From: an uncultured Gammaproteobacteria bacterium
GTDB taxonomy: Bacteria > Patescibacteriota > Patescibacteriia > Patescibacteriales > UBA12465
NCBI GenBank assembly: GCA_964431235.1
Contig: CAYSJA010000030.1
Span: 1,774-65,773 of the forward strand
Length of the DNA stretch: 64,000 nt
Direction of reading: 5' to 3'
Made by a program: the position numbers and the translations under genes. Positions 39,934 through 50,221 of the stretch are shown one piece after another. The notes beneath the pieces were generated by a model. That model was not told the DNA's origin. It searched no databases and saw only the letters and a program-made list of their open reading frames with translations. Positions within the stretch are counted from its first letter, which is position 1. Each line of letters starts with the position of its first letter.

Positions 39934-40615
39934 AATCTGATAGTGTAATAAATATATCTTTCTGAGGTGAAATTGGTAGATGACTAGTACTGTTTATATA
40001 AACTATTTTCATATAGCCTTCTTTATCAATAACTATTTTACTAACTGAAGATTGAAATATCTCTAAAGATAGAAAACCAATAATATCAGCGTTCAAAATT
40101 CCAGTTAAAAGAGATTTAATGAAATTACCGTGGCCAAAAATAGCAATTTTCTTACCTTTGTTTCCTTTAAAAATAACCGCTAAACTGCGTCGGGCTTTTG
40201 TTTGCATTTTATCTAAATCTCTATCTAAAATCTTATATTTTTTTAAACGCTTTTCCCTTTCTTTTTCCGTCATACTAAAATATTTCATCTTATACCAATG
40301 TGCCCAATGAAATTCGTTTAAACGAGAATTAATAATAATTTCCTTCTTATTTCTCTTAGCAAAAACTTGGGCGGTTTGTTTAGCTCTCTTCAATTCGCTG
40401 GAATATATAACATCTATTTTCGTTTTAAGCAGGCGCTTTGTTAAATATCGTCTCTGTTTTACACCATTTTTAGAAAGAGGCATATCATCCTCACCTAATT
40501 TTTTCTTTACACTATAATCAGGATGACAGTGACGAATAAGCAAAACCTCTGTATAAGGCTTCTTGATTTTAGGCTGAATTTCTGAATATGGAGTTTGGTA
40601 TTTCTTTTTAGTCAT
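39920..40615 (-). CDS. histidine phosphatase family protein (phosphoglycerate mutase-like)
   Basis: LLIRHCH catalytic RHG-type motif; GHGNF. Confidence 0.65.
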   Translation of the reverse strand: MTKKKYQTPYSEIQPKIKKPYTEVLLIRHCHPDYSVKKKLGEDDMPLSKNGVKQRRYLTKRLLKTKIDVIYSSELKRAKQTAQVFAKRNKKEIIINSRLNEFHWAHWYKMKYFSMTEKEREKRLKKYKILDRDLDKMQTKARRSLAVIFKGNKGKKIAIFGHGNFIKSLLTGILNADIIGFLSLEIFQSSVSKIVIDKEGYMKIVYINSTSHLPISPQKDIFITLSDYESK

Positions 40616-40651
40616 AATTTAATTATAACAAATAAAAACAGCTGTAGCTAT

Positions 40652-41239
40652 TTAGGTTAAATTTCTTGAATTGAACTTAAAATTGTTTCTTAATTCTTTA
40701 CGCCAGTATTTATAATTAGGCGAAACTTTGCTCACTAATCGCCAAAACGCAGTAGAGTGGTTAAATTCTTGCAAATGACAAAGCTCATGGGCAACTATAT
40801 AATCAAAGGCTTCTTTTTCTAAAAAAATTAAACGGTAATTAAAACTCAAATTTCTTTTATAAGAGCAGCTTCCCCAGCGGGTCCTCTGATTCCTCACACT
40901 AATACGATTATATTTGAAAGCGTAAATTTTATTTATGGCTTCAACTCTGTTTTTAATTTCTTTTTTTGCTTGCTTATGATAACGCCGATAGTGTTCTTCT
41001 TCCTTTTTATCTTTTTCTAACCGTAAAGGCAACTCTACTCCAAAATCAAACAAACGTGATTTGATCCAATCAGATTTAATTTCTAAAAATTTATCGGCTG
41101 TTCGTACAGAAATTATGAATGGTTTGGTCATAACTATCCTACCAGAGCTATAAACCAATATTTTCATATTTTTAGCAAGACGGTTCGATTTCAAAATTAC
41201 TGGAACATTAAAATTGTTTATTTTTATCATTCTTATCAT
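40652..41239 (-). CDS. M48-like zinc metallohydrolase (YgjP/DUF45 family)
   Basis: HELCHLQEFNHSTAFW, which is HExxH plus the downstream NHS of DUF45. Confidence 0.65.
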   Translation of the reverse strand: MIRMIKINNFNVPVILKSNRLAKNMKILVYSSGRIVMTKPFIISVRTADKFLEIKSDWIKSRLFDFGVELPLRLEKDKKEEEHYRRYHKQAKKEIKNRVEAINKIYAFKYNRISVRNQRTRWGSCSYKRNLSFNYRLIFLEKEAFDYIVAHELCHLQEFNHSTAFWRLVSKVSPNYKYWRKELRNNFKFNSRNLT

Positions 41240-41255
41240 TCTTTTACTAATCTAC

Positions 41256-42356
41256 TTATAAAGGTAAAAGCTTTATTTTGACTATCTCCCCTTGCCCGAT
41301 TGTCCGCATCGGCGGACCCCAGGTTCCCAAGCCGCTATTTATTATCAAAGAAAAATCACTTTCATTAAATAGCCCATAATTATGACCTCTATAAACCAAA
41401 CGGGTAATTAAATTAAAGGGAAAAATCTGGCCACGGTGAGTATGCCCGGATAATTGTAAATCAATGCCAGCCCGAACTGCTAATGATATATTTTTCGGCT
41501 CATGGTATAGCAATATACTAGGTTTCCTTTTATCATAACCGACTTGATTTAAAATAGCTTTATAAAGATCAAAATCTTTATTAAAGGAATAATTAATACC
41601 AATGAGTTGCAATCCTTCCACCACCATCATTTTATTATCTAAAATAATTACCGGAGAATCCGCTAAAAGCTGTTTGACACGATTAAATCCTAAATAAAGA
41701 TCATGATTGCCAAAAGAATAATATATTCCTTTTTTAATTTTAAAATTAGTAAAAGGATGATTAAGCCAAGAAAAATCACTTTCCATACCATCAAATAAAT
41801 CACCAGTAATAAATACTGCTTCTGGTTCTAATTTGTTAACTTCTTTAATAATTTTAGAAAAAAATTTCTTTCGATAAATTGGCCCAATATGAATATCGGA
41901 TATATGAACAATCTCCTTATTATGCCAATACGAAGACAAATCTTTTATCTTTACTTCATATTCTTTTATTTTTAACGCAAAAGCATTATGAAAACCATAA
42001 GTACTCAAAATACTGGTTAAAACTATTACTGAAATTGGTAACAATAGATTTCCTAAAAACCAGGCCGGAAACAACAATTTAAATATAAAAACTAAAACAA
42101 AGGATAATAAAAAATTAATCAATATTCCAGTCCAAGCTCCTGCTAACAAGTAATATAGACGAGTAACCAAGCTATCATGCTTATGAATAAAATAAGAAGC
42201 TAAAAGAATGGAAACGAAGAAGATTGTCAAAACTAAAGCACTTATCAGCGAAGATAAAAAATTAGCGAAAAACCAATTAGATAAAATAAACCAAGCTAGA
42301 ACGTGCCCAAAAAATAATATAATTACGGAAATGGCAAAAGATATTAGCTGTATCAT
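41256..42356 (-). CDS. membrane-anchored calcineurin-like metallophosphoesterase
   Basis: About 5 N-terminal TM helices; motifs HISDIH, GDLFDG, GNHD, GHTHRGQ. Confidence 0.75.
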   Translation of the reverse strand: MIQLISFAISVIILFFGHVLAWFILSNWFFANFLSSLISALVLTIFFVSILLASYFIHKHDSLVTRLYYLLAGAWTGILINFLLSFVLVFIFKLLFPAWFLGNLLLPISVIVLTSILSTYGFHNAFALKIKEYEVKIKDLSSYWHNKEIVHISDIHIGPIYRKKFFSKIIKEVNKLEPEAVFITGDLFDGMESDFSWLNHPFTNFKIKKGIYYSFGNHDLYLGFNRVKQLLADSPVIILDNKMMVVEGLQLIGINYSFNKDFDLYKAILNQVGYDKRKPSILLYHEPKNISLAVRAGIDLQLSGHTHRGQIFPFNLITRLVYRGHNYGLFNESDFSLIINSGLGTWGPPMRTIGQGEIVKIKLLPL

Positions 42357-42360
42357 AAAT

Positions 42361-43389
42361 TTAAAAATTTATATAAACTTTCTGAACATAATGCTCCGTA
42401 CGGCTTATCACTCTCCTTAATATTTTTACCGCTTCTAAACTGTAATTTCCTACCGATGTCTCATCAGATAACATAATGGCATCAGCGCCATCTAAAACCG
42501 CGTTGGCAATATCACTTACTTCTGCCCTAGTCGGAACTGGATTCTTAATCATTGAAGTCATAACTTGGGTAGCAATTATTGCTGGAATATTATACCAATG
42601 AGCATGCCGAATAAGGTTTTTTTGAACCAAAGGCAAATCCTCTATCGGCGTCTCTACGCCTAAATCCCCCCGGGCTATCATAATAAAATCTGAAACGCGG
42701 ATGATATGATCAATATTCTTCAAAGCTACTCCCCGTTCTATCTTGGCTATTATCTTGACATTGGATTTTTTTCCTATTTGCTTTCTTAATTTTAAAATAT
42801 CAGATGCCGTCTGTACAAAAGATAAACCTACATATTCAACACCTGCTTTTAAACCAAAATTTAGATCTTTAACATCTTTAGTTGTTAATCCTCCCTTCCT
42901 CATATTAGTATCAGGTACGTTCACGGCTTTATTGGAAGTCAAAAGCCCGCCATGAACAACCTGACCAGTAATTATCTTACCAGATATTTTTGTAACTTTT
43001 AATTCTATTTCTCCATTACAAAGAAAAAGCGGCTGTCCTTTTTTCATATCTTGAGATAAATCTTCATTATCTATCGGGATAATACCTTCGGGCTGATAAG
43101 ATTTTTTGGAATAAAGAAAATTATAAATTTCATTATCCTTTAAAATAATACCGTTTGGTGGCATTTTGCCAATTCTAATTCGCGGCCCTTGCAAATCTAA
43201 AAGCATAGCTATCTTTTTGTTTGAATTTTTATTGAAATCAGATACAATTTTTCTCACTCTCTTATACTGCTCCTGGCTGGCATGGGAAAAATTAACCCTG
43301 ACAATATCAACACCGGCTGTAAGTAAAGGTAAAAGAATTTTTTTATCTTCGCTTTTAGAACCGATAGTAATAATTATTTTTGTACGCAT
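42361..43389 (-). CDS. pyk: pyruvate kinase (short form, lacking the C-terminal regulatory domain)
   Basis: MRTKIIITIGSKS...VDIVRVNFSHA; MIARGDLGVE; 342 aa. Confidence 0.8.
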   Translation of the reverse strand: MRTKIIITIGSKSEDKKILLPLLTAGVDIVRVNFSHASQEQYKRVRKIVSDFNKNSNKKIAMLLDLQGPRIRIGKMPPNGIILKDNEIYNFLYSKKSYQPEGIIPIDNEDLSQDMKKGQPLFLCNGEIELKVTKISGKIITGQVVHGGLLTSNKAVNVPDTNMRKGGLTTKDVKDLNFGLKAGVEYVGLSFVQTASDILKLRKQIGKKSNVKIIAKIERGVALKNIDHIIRVSDFIMIARGDLGVETPIEDLPLVQKNLIRHAHWYNIPAIIATQVMTSMIKNPVPTRAEVSDIANAVLDGADAIMLSDETSVGNYSLEAVKILRRVISRTEHYVQKVYINF

Positions 43390-43404
43390 AATTTTAATTA
43401 ATAT

Positions 43405-44511
43405 TTAAAAATTTCTAACAATATTCTCTAACCAAATTTGATAAAATTCAAGATTATTCAAACTGGCTAATCTTTGACCTAAAGGATCTTTTAGCTTGAA
43501 TAAATGATGTAAATAGGCCAAAGAGTTATTTTGCAAATCAATAAATGAACTGTCGTTATTTATTGCTTTAAAATCATGAAAAAATTTAGAATTATTTATA
43601 TTTATTGTTTCATATTCATCTGTTTTATCTGCCTTTAAAAGAAATAGCTTTCCATGGCGACCTTCACGTGTCGGAATAACACAATCAAATATATCCCAAC
43701 CCAAACGAACACAATGAAAAATATCCTCTGGCGTACCTATCCCTAAAGCGAAACGCAAAGCGTCAGGAGGAATAAATTCAGCGCTCTGGCGTAAAACATC
43801 CTTTAAAAAATTACCACTTTTATCTACCGGGCGAGCACCAAAGCCATAACCATCAAAACCAATCTGTCTTAATTTATAGGCGCAAAGGCGCCGTAAATCA
43901 ATTTCTGCTCCGCCTTGTATAACAGCAAATAAAAGTGGCCTGTCAGCATCTGTTAAATGACGCTTTTTTATCTGTTTATTATACTCTATTTTACATTTTT
44001 TAGCCCAAAAAATTGTTCTTGAAACCGCTGCTTCTAATTTTTGACGGGAAAAATCGTTAGGCGGACAATCATCAAGGCAAACCATTATATCAGCTCCTAA
44101 ATCAAATTGGATCTGGATTGATTTTTCTGGACTAAGATCGTGCCAAGAACCATCAAGCGGAGACTTGAAAACAACTTTATCAGCGCTTACCTTCCCCATC
44201 TTTTTATCTTTATATATTAAAGAAAAAACTTGAAATCCGCCAGAATCTGACAACAAAGGCCTATTCCAACCAATAAAATTATGGATTCCTCCGGCCGCTT
44301 TGATAATTTTAAGACCCGGTTGTAAATAAAGATGAAAAGTATTTATTACTAAAGCTTTAGTTTTACTATTCTCTAATTCTGAAGCGCTAATTAATTTTAC
44401 AAAACCTCTGGTGGCATCAGGTATAAAAAGCGGGGTTTTGAGTTCTCCGTGCTTAGTTCTTATTATTCCCTGTCGCCGGCCACTCTTCCTAATTTTTATA
44501 GATTGAAACAT
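43405..44511 (-). CDS. tgt: queuine tRNA-ribosyltransferase
   Basis: TPLFIPDAT; LSDSGGFQVFSL; C-terminal zinc region. Confidence 0.85.
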   Translation of the reverse strand: MFQSIKIRKSGRRQGIIRTKHGELKTPLFIPDATRGFVKLISASELENSKTKALVINTFHLYLQPGLKIIKAAGGIHNFIGWNRPLLSDSGGFQVFSLIYKDKKMGKVSADKVVFKSPLDGSWHDLSPEKSIQIQFDLGADIMVCLDDCPPNDFSRQKLEAAVSRTIFWAKKCKIEYNKQIKKRHLTDADRPLLFAVIQGGAEIDLRRLCAYKLRQIGFDGYGFGARPVDKSGNFLKDVLRQSAEFIPPDALRFALGIGTPEDIFHCVRLGWDIFDCVIPTREGRHGKLFLLKADKTDEYETININNSKFFHDFKAINNDSSFIDLQNNSLAYLHHLFKLKDPLGQRLASLNNLEFYQIWLENIVRNF

Positions 44512-44519
44512 AGATTAAT

Positions 44520-46496
44520 TTATTCCACTCGTCCGGAATTATTTAAAGCGGCAATATCATCATCTTCCAATTTAGTAGTCTTGGGCCCTGATTTAGCGCT
44601 TATTTCCTGTTTAGTTTCGGTATCAATAGCACTGGAAGAAGCTCCAGGTGATAAGACTAAAATTTTATCCCGATCAGATTCTTGTGGCGTCAAAGAAATA
44701 GAAAAAGAAGCTTCTGTCTGATATACTGAAGCTGGTAAACGCCCTATGCTCCAAATAACTTCCCTTTTATCTTGATCAAAATATAAATCACCAACACTAA
44801 CCGAATCATAATTTAACCAAGAGATATTTTTAGGTAAAGCCAGCTTTACTTCAGTTTGCTTAAGCTCATGTAAATTATTTTTTAAACGCCAATATACTCT
44901 AAAAGAGGTAGCTTCGTTAACGCGAGGAGGCAAGGGACCCGAGCCAACGGGTAAATTATTCTCATCAAAATATTTAATTTCTTCTATAATAGATAAATTA
45001 CTATTTAAAGGGCTAGTTATTACATTACTTTTATTTTCGCTATCCGCTCCTTCACTATCACCACCATATTGAGAATAAACGGAAATTTCCATATCTTTCA
45101 AGGAATAATCATTATTATAATCTTTTAGCTTTACGGAAAAATTTATCTCTCCTTCTTCTCCTGGTTTTATCTCGGCCAAAGCAGGAATATCTTGTTTATT
45201 CCAAATTATTTGCCCGGATCTAATTTCACCGGGAACACTAGTTTCAATGCTAGCTAAATCAAACATAAAACCATCTAAAACTGCAGTAATAACAGCATCT
45301 TTAAACGAACTTTCACCTTTATTGCTATAATTCAAGGTATAATTTAAAATTTCGCCAAAATTAACGGCCTGATTATTCTTAGAACCGTTTAAAAATAAGG
45401 CTATATTTAAATCACTCTTCACCGCTTCTATTGATAAAATTTTTTCTAAAAAAGTATAGGATTGGCCATCAGGTAAACGCTGTTTAAGACTAAGAGATAA
45501 ATCAGAAGATAAGGGCTCTTTTTTAGCTAAATAATTAAAAACTAAACTTCGATCAGTTAAATCAGATAAGCTGACCAACCAGCTATTCGGCCCCTCCTTA
45601 ATTGGGGACTCATCATTATCTTTTGCATTATCATCAACAGCTAAATTTATCTCCACTTCTTGGGGGGGGTCAAATTCAATAATAAAATCTGATAAATAAT
45701 TGTCTGAAAAAAAAGAAGAAAAAGAAAGATTTATTTCACTATTTTGACCAACGAAAACAAGATTTGAATAGTCAACATCCATTTCAAGGCCTAATCCATT
45801 TATCACCGTAGCAGCTGAGCTTTCCTTTTTAAACTGGCTGGAAAAATTTAAAGGAGTATAATGCAAGTTACCGGAAATAATATTAACTGACTCCAAAGGG
45901 GCAATAATTTCTCCAGTAACCAAAACATGGGCTTCAGAACCCGCCGGTATATTAGGCAAATTAAAACCGTTGTTTAAAAAATCAGCTTGAGGCTCGGAAA
46001 AAGAAAAGATAAAATTCTCTGGATAGTTGAGTTCTAATCTAACTTTGCTAATAGTGAATTTAGTAGGATTTTTAATAATTATTTTATAAGAGAATTCTTC
46101 ACCAACTAGAACCTCTTCTAAAGCTTCAATCTTAAATTCAACCGCTCCCATGTCACTATCGCCAGTAAAATAATAAATATAAGCAAAAGAAGCGGCTAAA
46201 AATAGAATAACAAAAATAAGCATCCTCTTAAAAATTCTTACTATTAATTTATTTCTTTTTTTTATATTCATTTTTTTTACATCAACAAGACCTCCCTTTT
46301 TATCACGATAAATTTCATTTAAATTAGAATCTATTTCCTGGTGCTTGATTTCTTTATCCAGCACTTCTTCAAAATCAGTTACTTCATTGTCGGACGGGAC
46401 TGGCCGCTTCACAAAAGCTGACAAGCCTGACAATTTATGATTTTTAATTTCCAAATTTTTTTTTGTTTTCTTATTTTGTTTTTTATCTTGTTTCAT
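44520..46496 (-). CDS. hypothetical surface protein, type II membrane topology, extracellular beta-rich repeats (DUF11-like)
   Basis: Lys-rich cytoplasmic N-terminus, one TM helix, ~550 aa Asn/Ser-rich ectodomain; contains a C8 homopolymer in the coding strand. Confidence 0.5.
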   Translation of the reverse strand: MKQDKKQNKKTKKNLEIKNHKLSGLSAFVKRPVPSDNEVTDFEEVLDKEIKHQEIDSNLNEIYRDKKGGLVDVKKMNIKKRNKLIVRIFKRMLIFVILFLAASFAYIYYFTGDSDMGAVEFKIEALEEVLVGEEFSYKIIIKNPTKFTISKVRLELNYPENFIFSFSEPQADFLNNGFNLPNIPAGSEAHVLVTGEIIAPLESVNIISGNLHYTPLNFSSQFKKESSAATVINGLGLEMDVDYSNLVFVGQNSEINLSFSSFFSDNYLSDFIIEFDPPQEVEINLAVDDNAKDNDESPIKEGPNSWLVSLSDLTDRSLVFNYLAKKEPLSSDLSLSLKQRLPDGQSYTFLEKILSIEAVKSDLNIALFLNGSKNNQAVNFGEILNYTLNYSNKGESSFKDAVITAVLDGFMFDLASIETSVPGEIRSGQIIWNKQDIPALAEIKPGEEGEINFSVKLKDYNNDYSLKDMEISVYSQYGGDSEGADSENKSNVITSPLNSNLSIIEEIKYFDENNLPVGSGPLPPRVNEATSFRVYWRLKNNLHELKQTEVKLALPKNISWLNYDSVSVGDLYFDQDKREVIWSIGRLPASVYQTEASFSISLTPQESDRDKILVLSPGASSSAIDTETKQEISAKSGPKTTKLEDDDIAALNNSGRVE

Positions 46497-49005
46497 ATTT
46501 GTTTTTTAAAAGAATAGAAAAATATTTATCCATATCCACGCTGCTTTCAATCAGCCACCCGTTCTGCCAAAAAAGATTATCAGGATGTTTCCAAATAATT
46601 TCCAAATTATCAGGTAAAATTAAACGGCTGATAAAAGAACTCGGTGCTGCCCCTGGCTGCTTTTGCAATAATAAAGAATAAGGAATAAAATTTTCAAAAT
46701 CAGGATTAATAAGTTTATTTAAGCGTTGCCAAAAATTGTTATTTCCCTTCTCTTGATCACTAAAAAAATTAAAAGGTAATTCATAGCTGATACTAATATC
46801 TGCTATCTCTCCCGGGTCAATCATCACCCAACCGGCAAAAACCGTCTTACCGTGCTCTTGGTATATTTTAATCCCACTGATTGGATCTTCTTTTGCTAAC
46901 CTTTCTTCTTGTAAAAATTTACTTTCCAGCCAATCATCCTCTGGCTCCTCAAAATAAGAAGAATCGGGAGCGCTGAAACCGGAAGCAGAAATAAGACGGC
47001 TCCCTAAAGGTACATATACTCTAAGCCAGTTAACATTACGTACTCCGGTTAAAGCTTCATTTTTTATACCCAAATGAGTACGCTCTATTTTTATATTATT
47101 TATTATTTTTCCTGTATTATCAATTTGGGATAAATGTTCTATGTTTTCTGTTATTTTACGATCTGTCTTTTGACCGGCAATATTAGTATTCACCACTAAT
47201 AGGTAATCATGTGTTGAAGGTTTTACCTCTCCAGCCAGATTTTTTTTAACCATCTCTTGTTGTAGCTTAGAATCAGAAAAATAAAACATAATTTGCTTTT
47301 GTGCTAAACTACTTTCAAATAATTTGATAATTTTTACTAAGTTATCTTTATCCAATCTCTGTGGTAAAATTTCTAAAATTCTAACCATTAAATCGCCTAC
47401 TATTTTTTTAGGTTTATTTTCCGGATTATTTTCTAAATCTTGATATAAAGGAACATCAGATTCTATAATTCCTTTCATCTCTTTAAAATCAATTGTTTCC
47501 TCGGGATGAGTCATAATTAAATTATCATGCTCTACAATTTTTTGAACTGTTTCCCAAAAATTATTACTATCTATCACTAGGCCGTATTCCTGGTCCATAT
47601 CTATCGGCCCAGTTATCTCCAATAAATTTTCTACTACTGTCGGTGTAAAAGTAATAACACCATCAACCGTAGATCCACCACTTTTTTCATAAAACCACAT
47701 TAAATTTTCGGCGGTTTTAGGCCAATCAGGCCACCAATTAGCATCCCAAAAGTGCCATAGAGGATTAACTAGCCATAAGGGTTCGGGCGCCTTTACTTTA
47801 ACTGTCATGCTGCCTTCGGTGTCATAAGAGCCCCCAGCCGGAACTTCTACATTCCTGATTCTGCCTTCTCTGATATCTATTAAAGCATAACTGCCTAAAA
47901 AGCCTCCAGAAGCTCTTAGCTCAGCATTATTTTGAAAAACTAATAAATAGCGCTTATCTTGGCTTTGTCCTAATATTTCATAAATTTTATCAGACAAAGA
48001 GATAAAACTGTCTAAATTAATATTTAAAAATTTTGTTTTATCCTTTAAATCTGAAAATTTATCTTGATACTCCAACGGCAAATTATTTTTATCTATTTTA
48101 GAAATAGCTTCCTGTAAATCTAAAGCATCTTGCCGGGCTAAATAGCCATAATAAAAAAAATTCTGTAGAGACGACAAAAAATCGCTTTCGGCTTGATAGT
48201 TAAACAAACTATTTGTTGCTAAAACTAAATTTTTTCCTAGAGACGAACTTAGTGTTCCAGCGGCTAGAATATTTTTACTTTCCGAAGCTAATTTTAATTT
48301 AGGATTATTTGATAGAGAAGCTAAAAAAAACAAAGAATCATTAATTGCCGCTAAATCTTCTTCTGCCCGCAAAAATTCTTGGCTCGCCAAAGAAAAATTT
48401 CTATCAGCACTCTGAAAATCAAATTGAGAAACAGAATCAACCGCTAACGCTAGTTGAGAAATAGCGGCCTGGGAACGAAACATAATCTTAGATTCTAAAT
48501 TATCTAAATTTAAAAACTGAAAATATGATAATATTTTCAAAGGTACTACTAAAAATAGGAGTACAAGGGCAAAGAAAAAAACAGATCGATACCAAGTTAA
48601 TTTGTGCTCTACCCTTTTTAAACGGCGCTTGGTTGAAAAAAAACGACTATTTAAAATTCTTCTTTTATCCTTAATCACTTGTTGCCATAAATTATTGCCT
48701 TTTTTCTTCGTTCTATAAAATTTTAAATCTTTAAGCCAAAAATTTATTTTTGTTTTGAAAAAATCAAACGGCAAACTATGAGATAATAAATTAAAATTAA
48801 AGGATTTTTTCTTTCTTTTATTAATTTTATTAAAAAAAGGTGAACGTAATTTACTAATTTTTTTTAAACCAAAAAAACTGTCTGATTTTTTTCTCTTTTC
48901 TACTTCTTCTTTAAGTGGTTTTTGTTGCCGCAAATCAACCACAAAACTAGAGCTTCTAGCTCGTGCTAACTCTTGAGGGCTTATTTTTTTCTGTCTATTA
49001 ATCAT
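46483..49005 (-). CDS. hypothetical large membrane-anchored protein (possibly DUF4012-like)
   Basis: Basic N-terminus, single TM helix around residue 150, ~680 aa Trp-rich ectodomain; no catalytic motif recognised. Confidence 0.45.
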   Translation of the reverse strand: MINRQKKISPQELARARSSSFVVDLRQQKPLKEEVEKRKKSDSFFGLKKISKLRSPFFNKINKRKKKSFNFNLLSHSLPFDFFKTKINFWLKDLKFYRTKKKGNNLWQQVIKDKRRILNSRFFSTKRRLKRVEHKLTWYRSVFFFALVLLFLVVPLKILSYFQFLNLDNLESKIMFRSQAAISQLALAVDSVSQFDFQSADRNFSLASQEFLRAEEDLAAINDSLFFLASLSNNPKLKLASESKNILAAGTLSSSLGKNLVLATNSLFNYQAESDFLSSLQNFFYYGYLARQDALDLQEAISKIDKNNLPLEYQDKFSDLKDKTKFLNINLDSFISLSDKIYEILGQSQDKRYLLVFQNNAELRASGGFLGSYALIDIREGRIRNVEVPAGGSYDTEGSMTVKVKAPEPLWLVNPLWHFWDANWWPDWPKTAENLMWFYEKSGGSTVDGVITFTPTVVENLLEITGPIDMDQEYGLVIDSNNFWETVQKIVEHDNLIMTHPEETIDFKEMKGIIESDVPLYQDLENNPENKPKKIVGDLMVRILEILPQRLDKDNLVKIIKLFESSLAQKQIMFYFSDSKLQQEMVKKNLAGEVKPSTHDYLLVVNTNIAGQKTDRKITENIEHLSQIDNTGKIINNIKIERTHLGIKNEALTGVRNVNWLRVYVPLGSRLISASGFSAPDSSYFEEPEDDWLESKFLQEERLAKEDPISGIKIYQEHGKTVFAGWVMIDPGEIADISISYELPFNFFSDQEKGNNNFWQRLNKLINPDFENFIPYSLLLQKQPGAAPSSFISRLILPDNLEIIWKHPDNLFWQNGWLIESSVDMDKYFSILLKNKYETR

Positions 49006-50192
49006 TATTTTGCTTTAAACAATATTTCTTTATAAACATTAAAAGTATTGTTGGCACATTCCCACCAATTATATAAACGGCTCCTTTTATAACCTCTTTC
49101 CTTCATTTTTTGACGTAAATCACTATCATTAAGAACTAATTTTATCTTAGATAAAAAGTCATTCTTATCTTCAGGATTAAAATAAACAGCTGCCATGCCT
49201 AAAATTTCCGGCAAACTAGCTCTATCCGAGCTTATCACCGGACAACCTTTAGCCATAGCCTCTAAAGGGGGCAAACCAAAACCTTCATATAAAGAGGGAA
49301 AAACATAGGCTTTGGCTTCCTGATAAAGAATTTCTAATTGAGCATCGGGCACATAGCCAGGAAAAACCGCTGAACTATTTATATTCTCTTTCTGCCATAA
49401 ATTTAAAGACTGGGCATATTGCTGGATGCGTTGATAAAAATAATCGGGCTTACCTACTAAAACCAGTTTTAATTCCGGCTTATCTTCACGTAAATCAGCA
49501 AAAACATCAAGTAGAGTTTCTAAATTCTTATGAGGATAGGCGTTTCCCACATAAAGCAAAAAATTGTTACCTAAGTGATATCTCTGACGCGTTTCTTTAG
49601 GATCAATTTTAGAAATGAATAAAGAGTCGCGGCCGCGGGATAAATTTGAAACACCCTCATAAGTTACCACTATTTTTTCCGGATTTAGCTTGAATTTGCT
49701 GATAATATCCTTTTTAGTAAATTCAGAAACAGCAATTATTTTTTTAGCCCGCCAAACAGCAATTTTTAACACTAAACGATAAGCAAAATTTTTAAACTTA
49801 TAGACGGTTGTATTTTTTGTAGTTGCCCTAATGGTAGAAAAATGGGTTAAAATTAAATCATGCAAGGTTACGACGAACTTAACCGGTGTCATTATAGGAA
49901 CATTAAAATGGGGGAAATGTATTAAATCCAAATTTTCTCTAGCAATACAAAAAGGTAGAAAAATTTGTTCTTGCCAAGAATACCAGGGAATACTTATCTT
50001 GACTTTCCTAACCCGCGGACTATTACTATAAAATTCATCATAATTATTAGGACTTAAAAAAATAACAAAATCGCAGGCTTCTTCTTCCTGAAAATTATTT
50101 ATTTTTATTATATTATCCACCACTTCCTGGGTATAACGACCCAAACCTTTGCCAATTGGGCCGTAAAAGCGGGCATCTATGCCTATTTTCAT
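49005..50192 (-). CDS. glycosyltransferase family 4 (GT-B)
   Basis: C-terminal EGFGLPPLEAMAKGCPVISS motif typical of GT4. Confidence 0.8.
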   Translation of the reverse strand: MKIGIDARFYGPIGKGLGRYTQEVVDNIIKINNFQEEEACDFVIFLSPNNYDEFYSNSPRVRKVKISIPWYSWQEQIFLPFCIARENLDLIHFPHFNVPIMTPVKFVVTLHDLILTHFSTIRATTKNTTVYKFKNFAYRLVLKIAVWRAKKIIAVSEFTKKDIISKFKLNPEKIVVTYEGVSNLSRGRDSLFISKIDPKETRQRYHLGNNFLLYVGNAYPHKNLETLLDVFADLREDKPELKLVLVGKPDYFYQRIQQYAQSLNLWQKENINSSAVFPGYVPDAQLEILYQEAKAYVFPSLYEGFGLPPLEAMAKGCPVISSDRASLPEILGMAAVYFNPEDKNDFLSKIKLVLNDSDLRQKMKERGYKRSRLYNWWECANNTFNVYKEILFKAK

Positions 50193-50221
50193 GCTACTTA
50201 TCTAAATATCTTTGATAAAAA

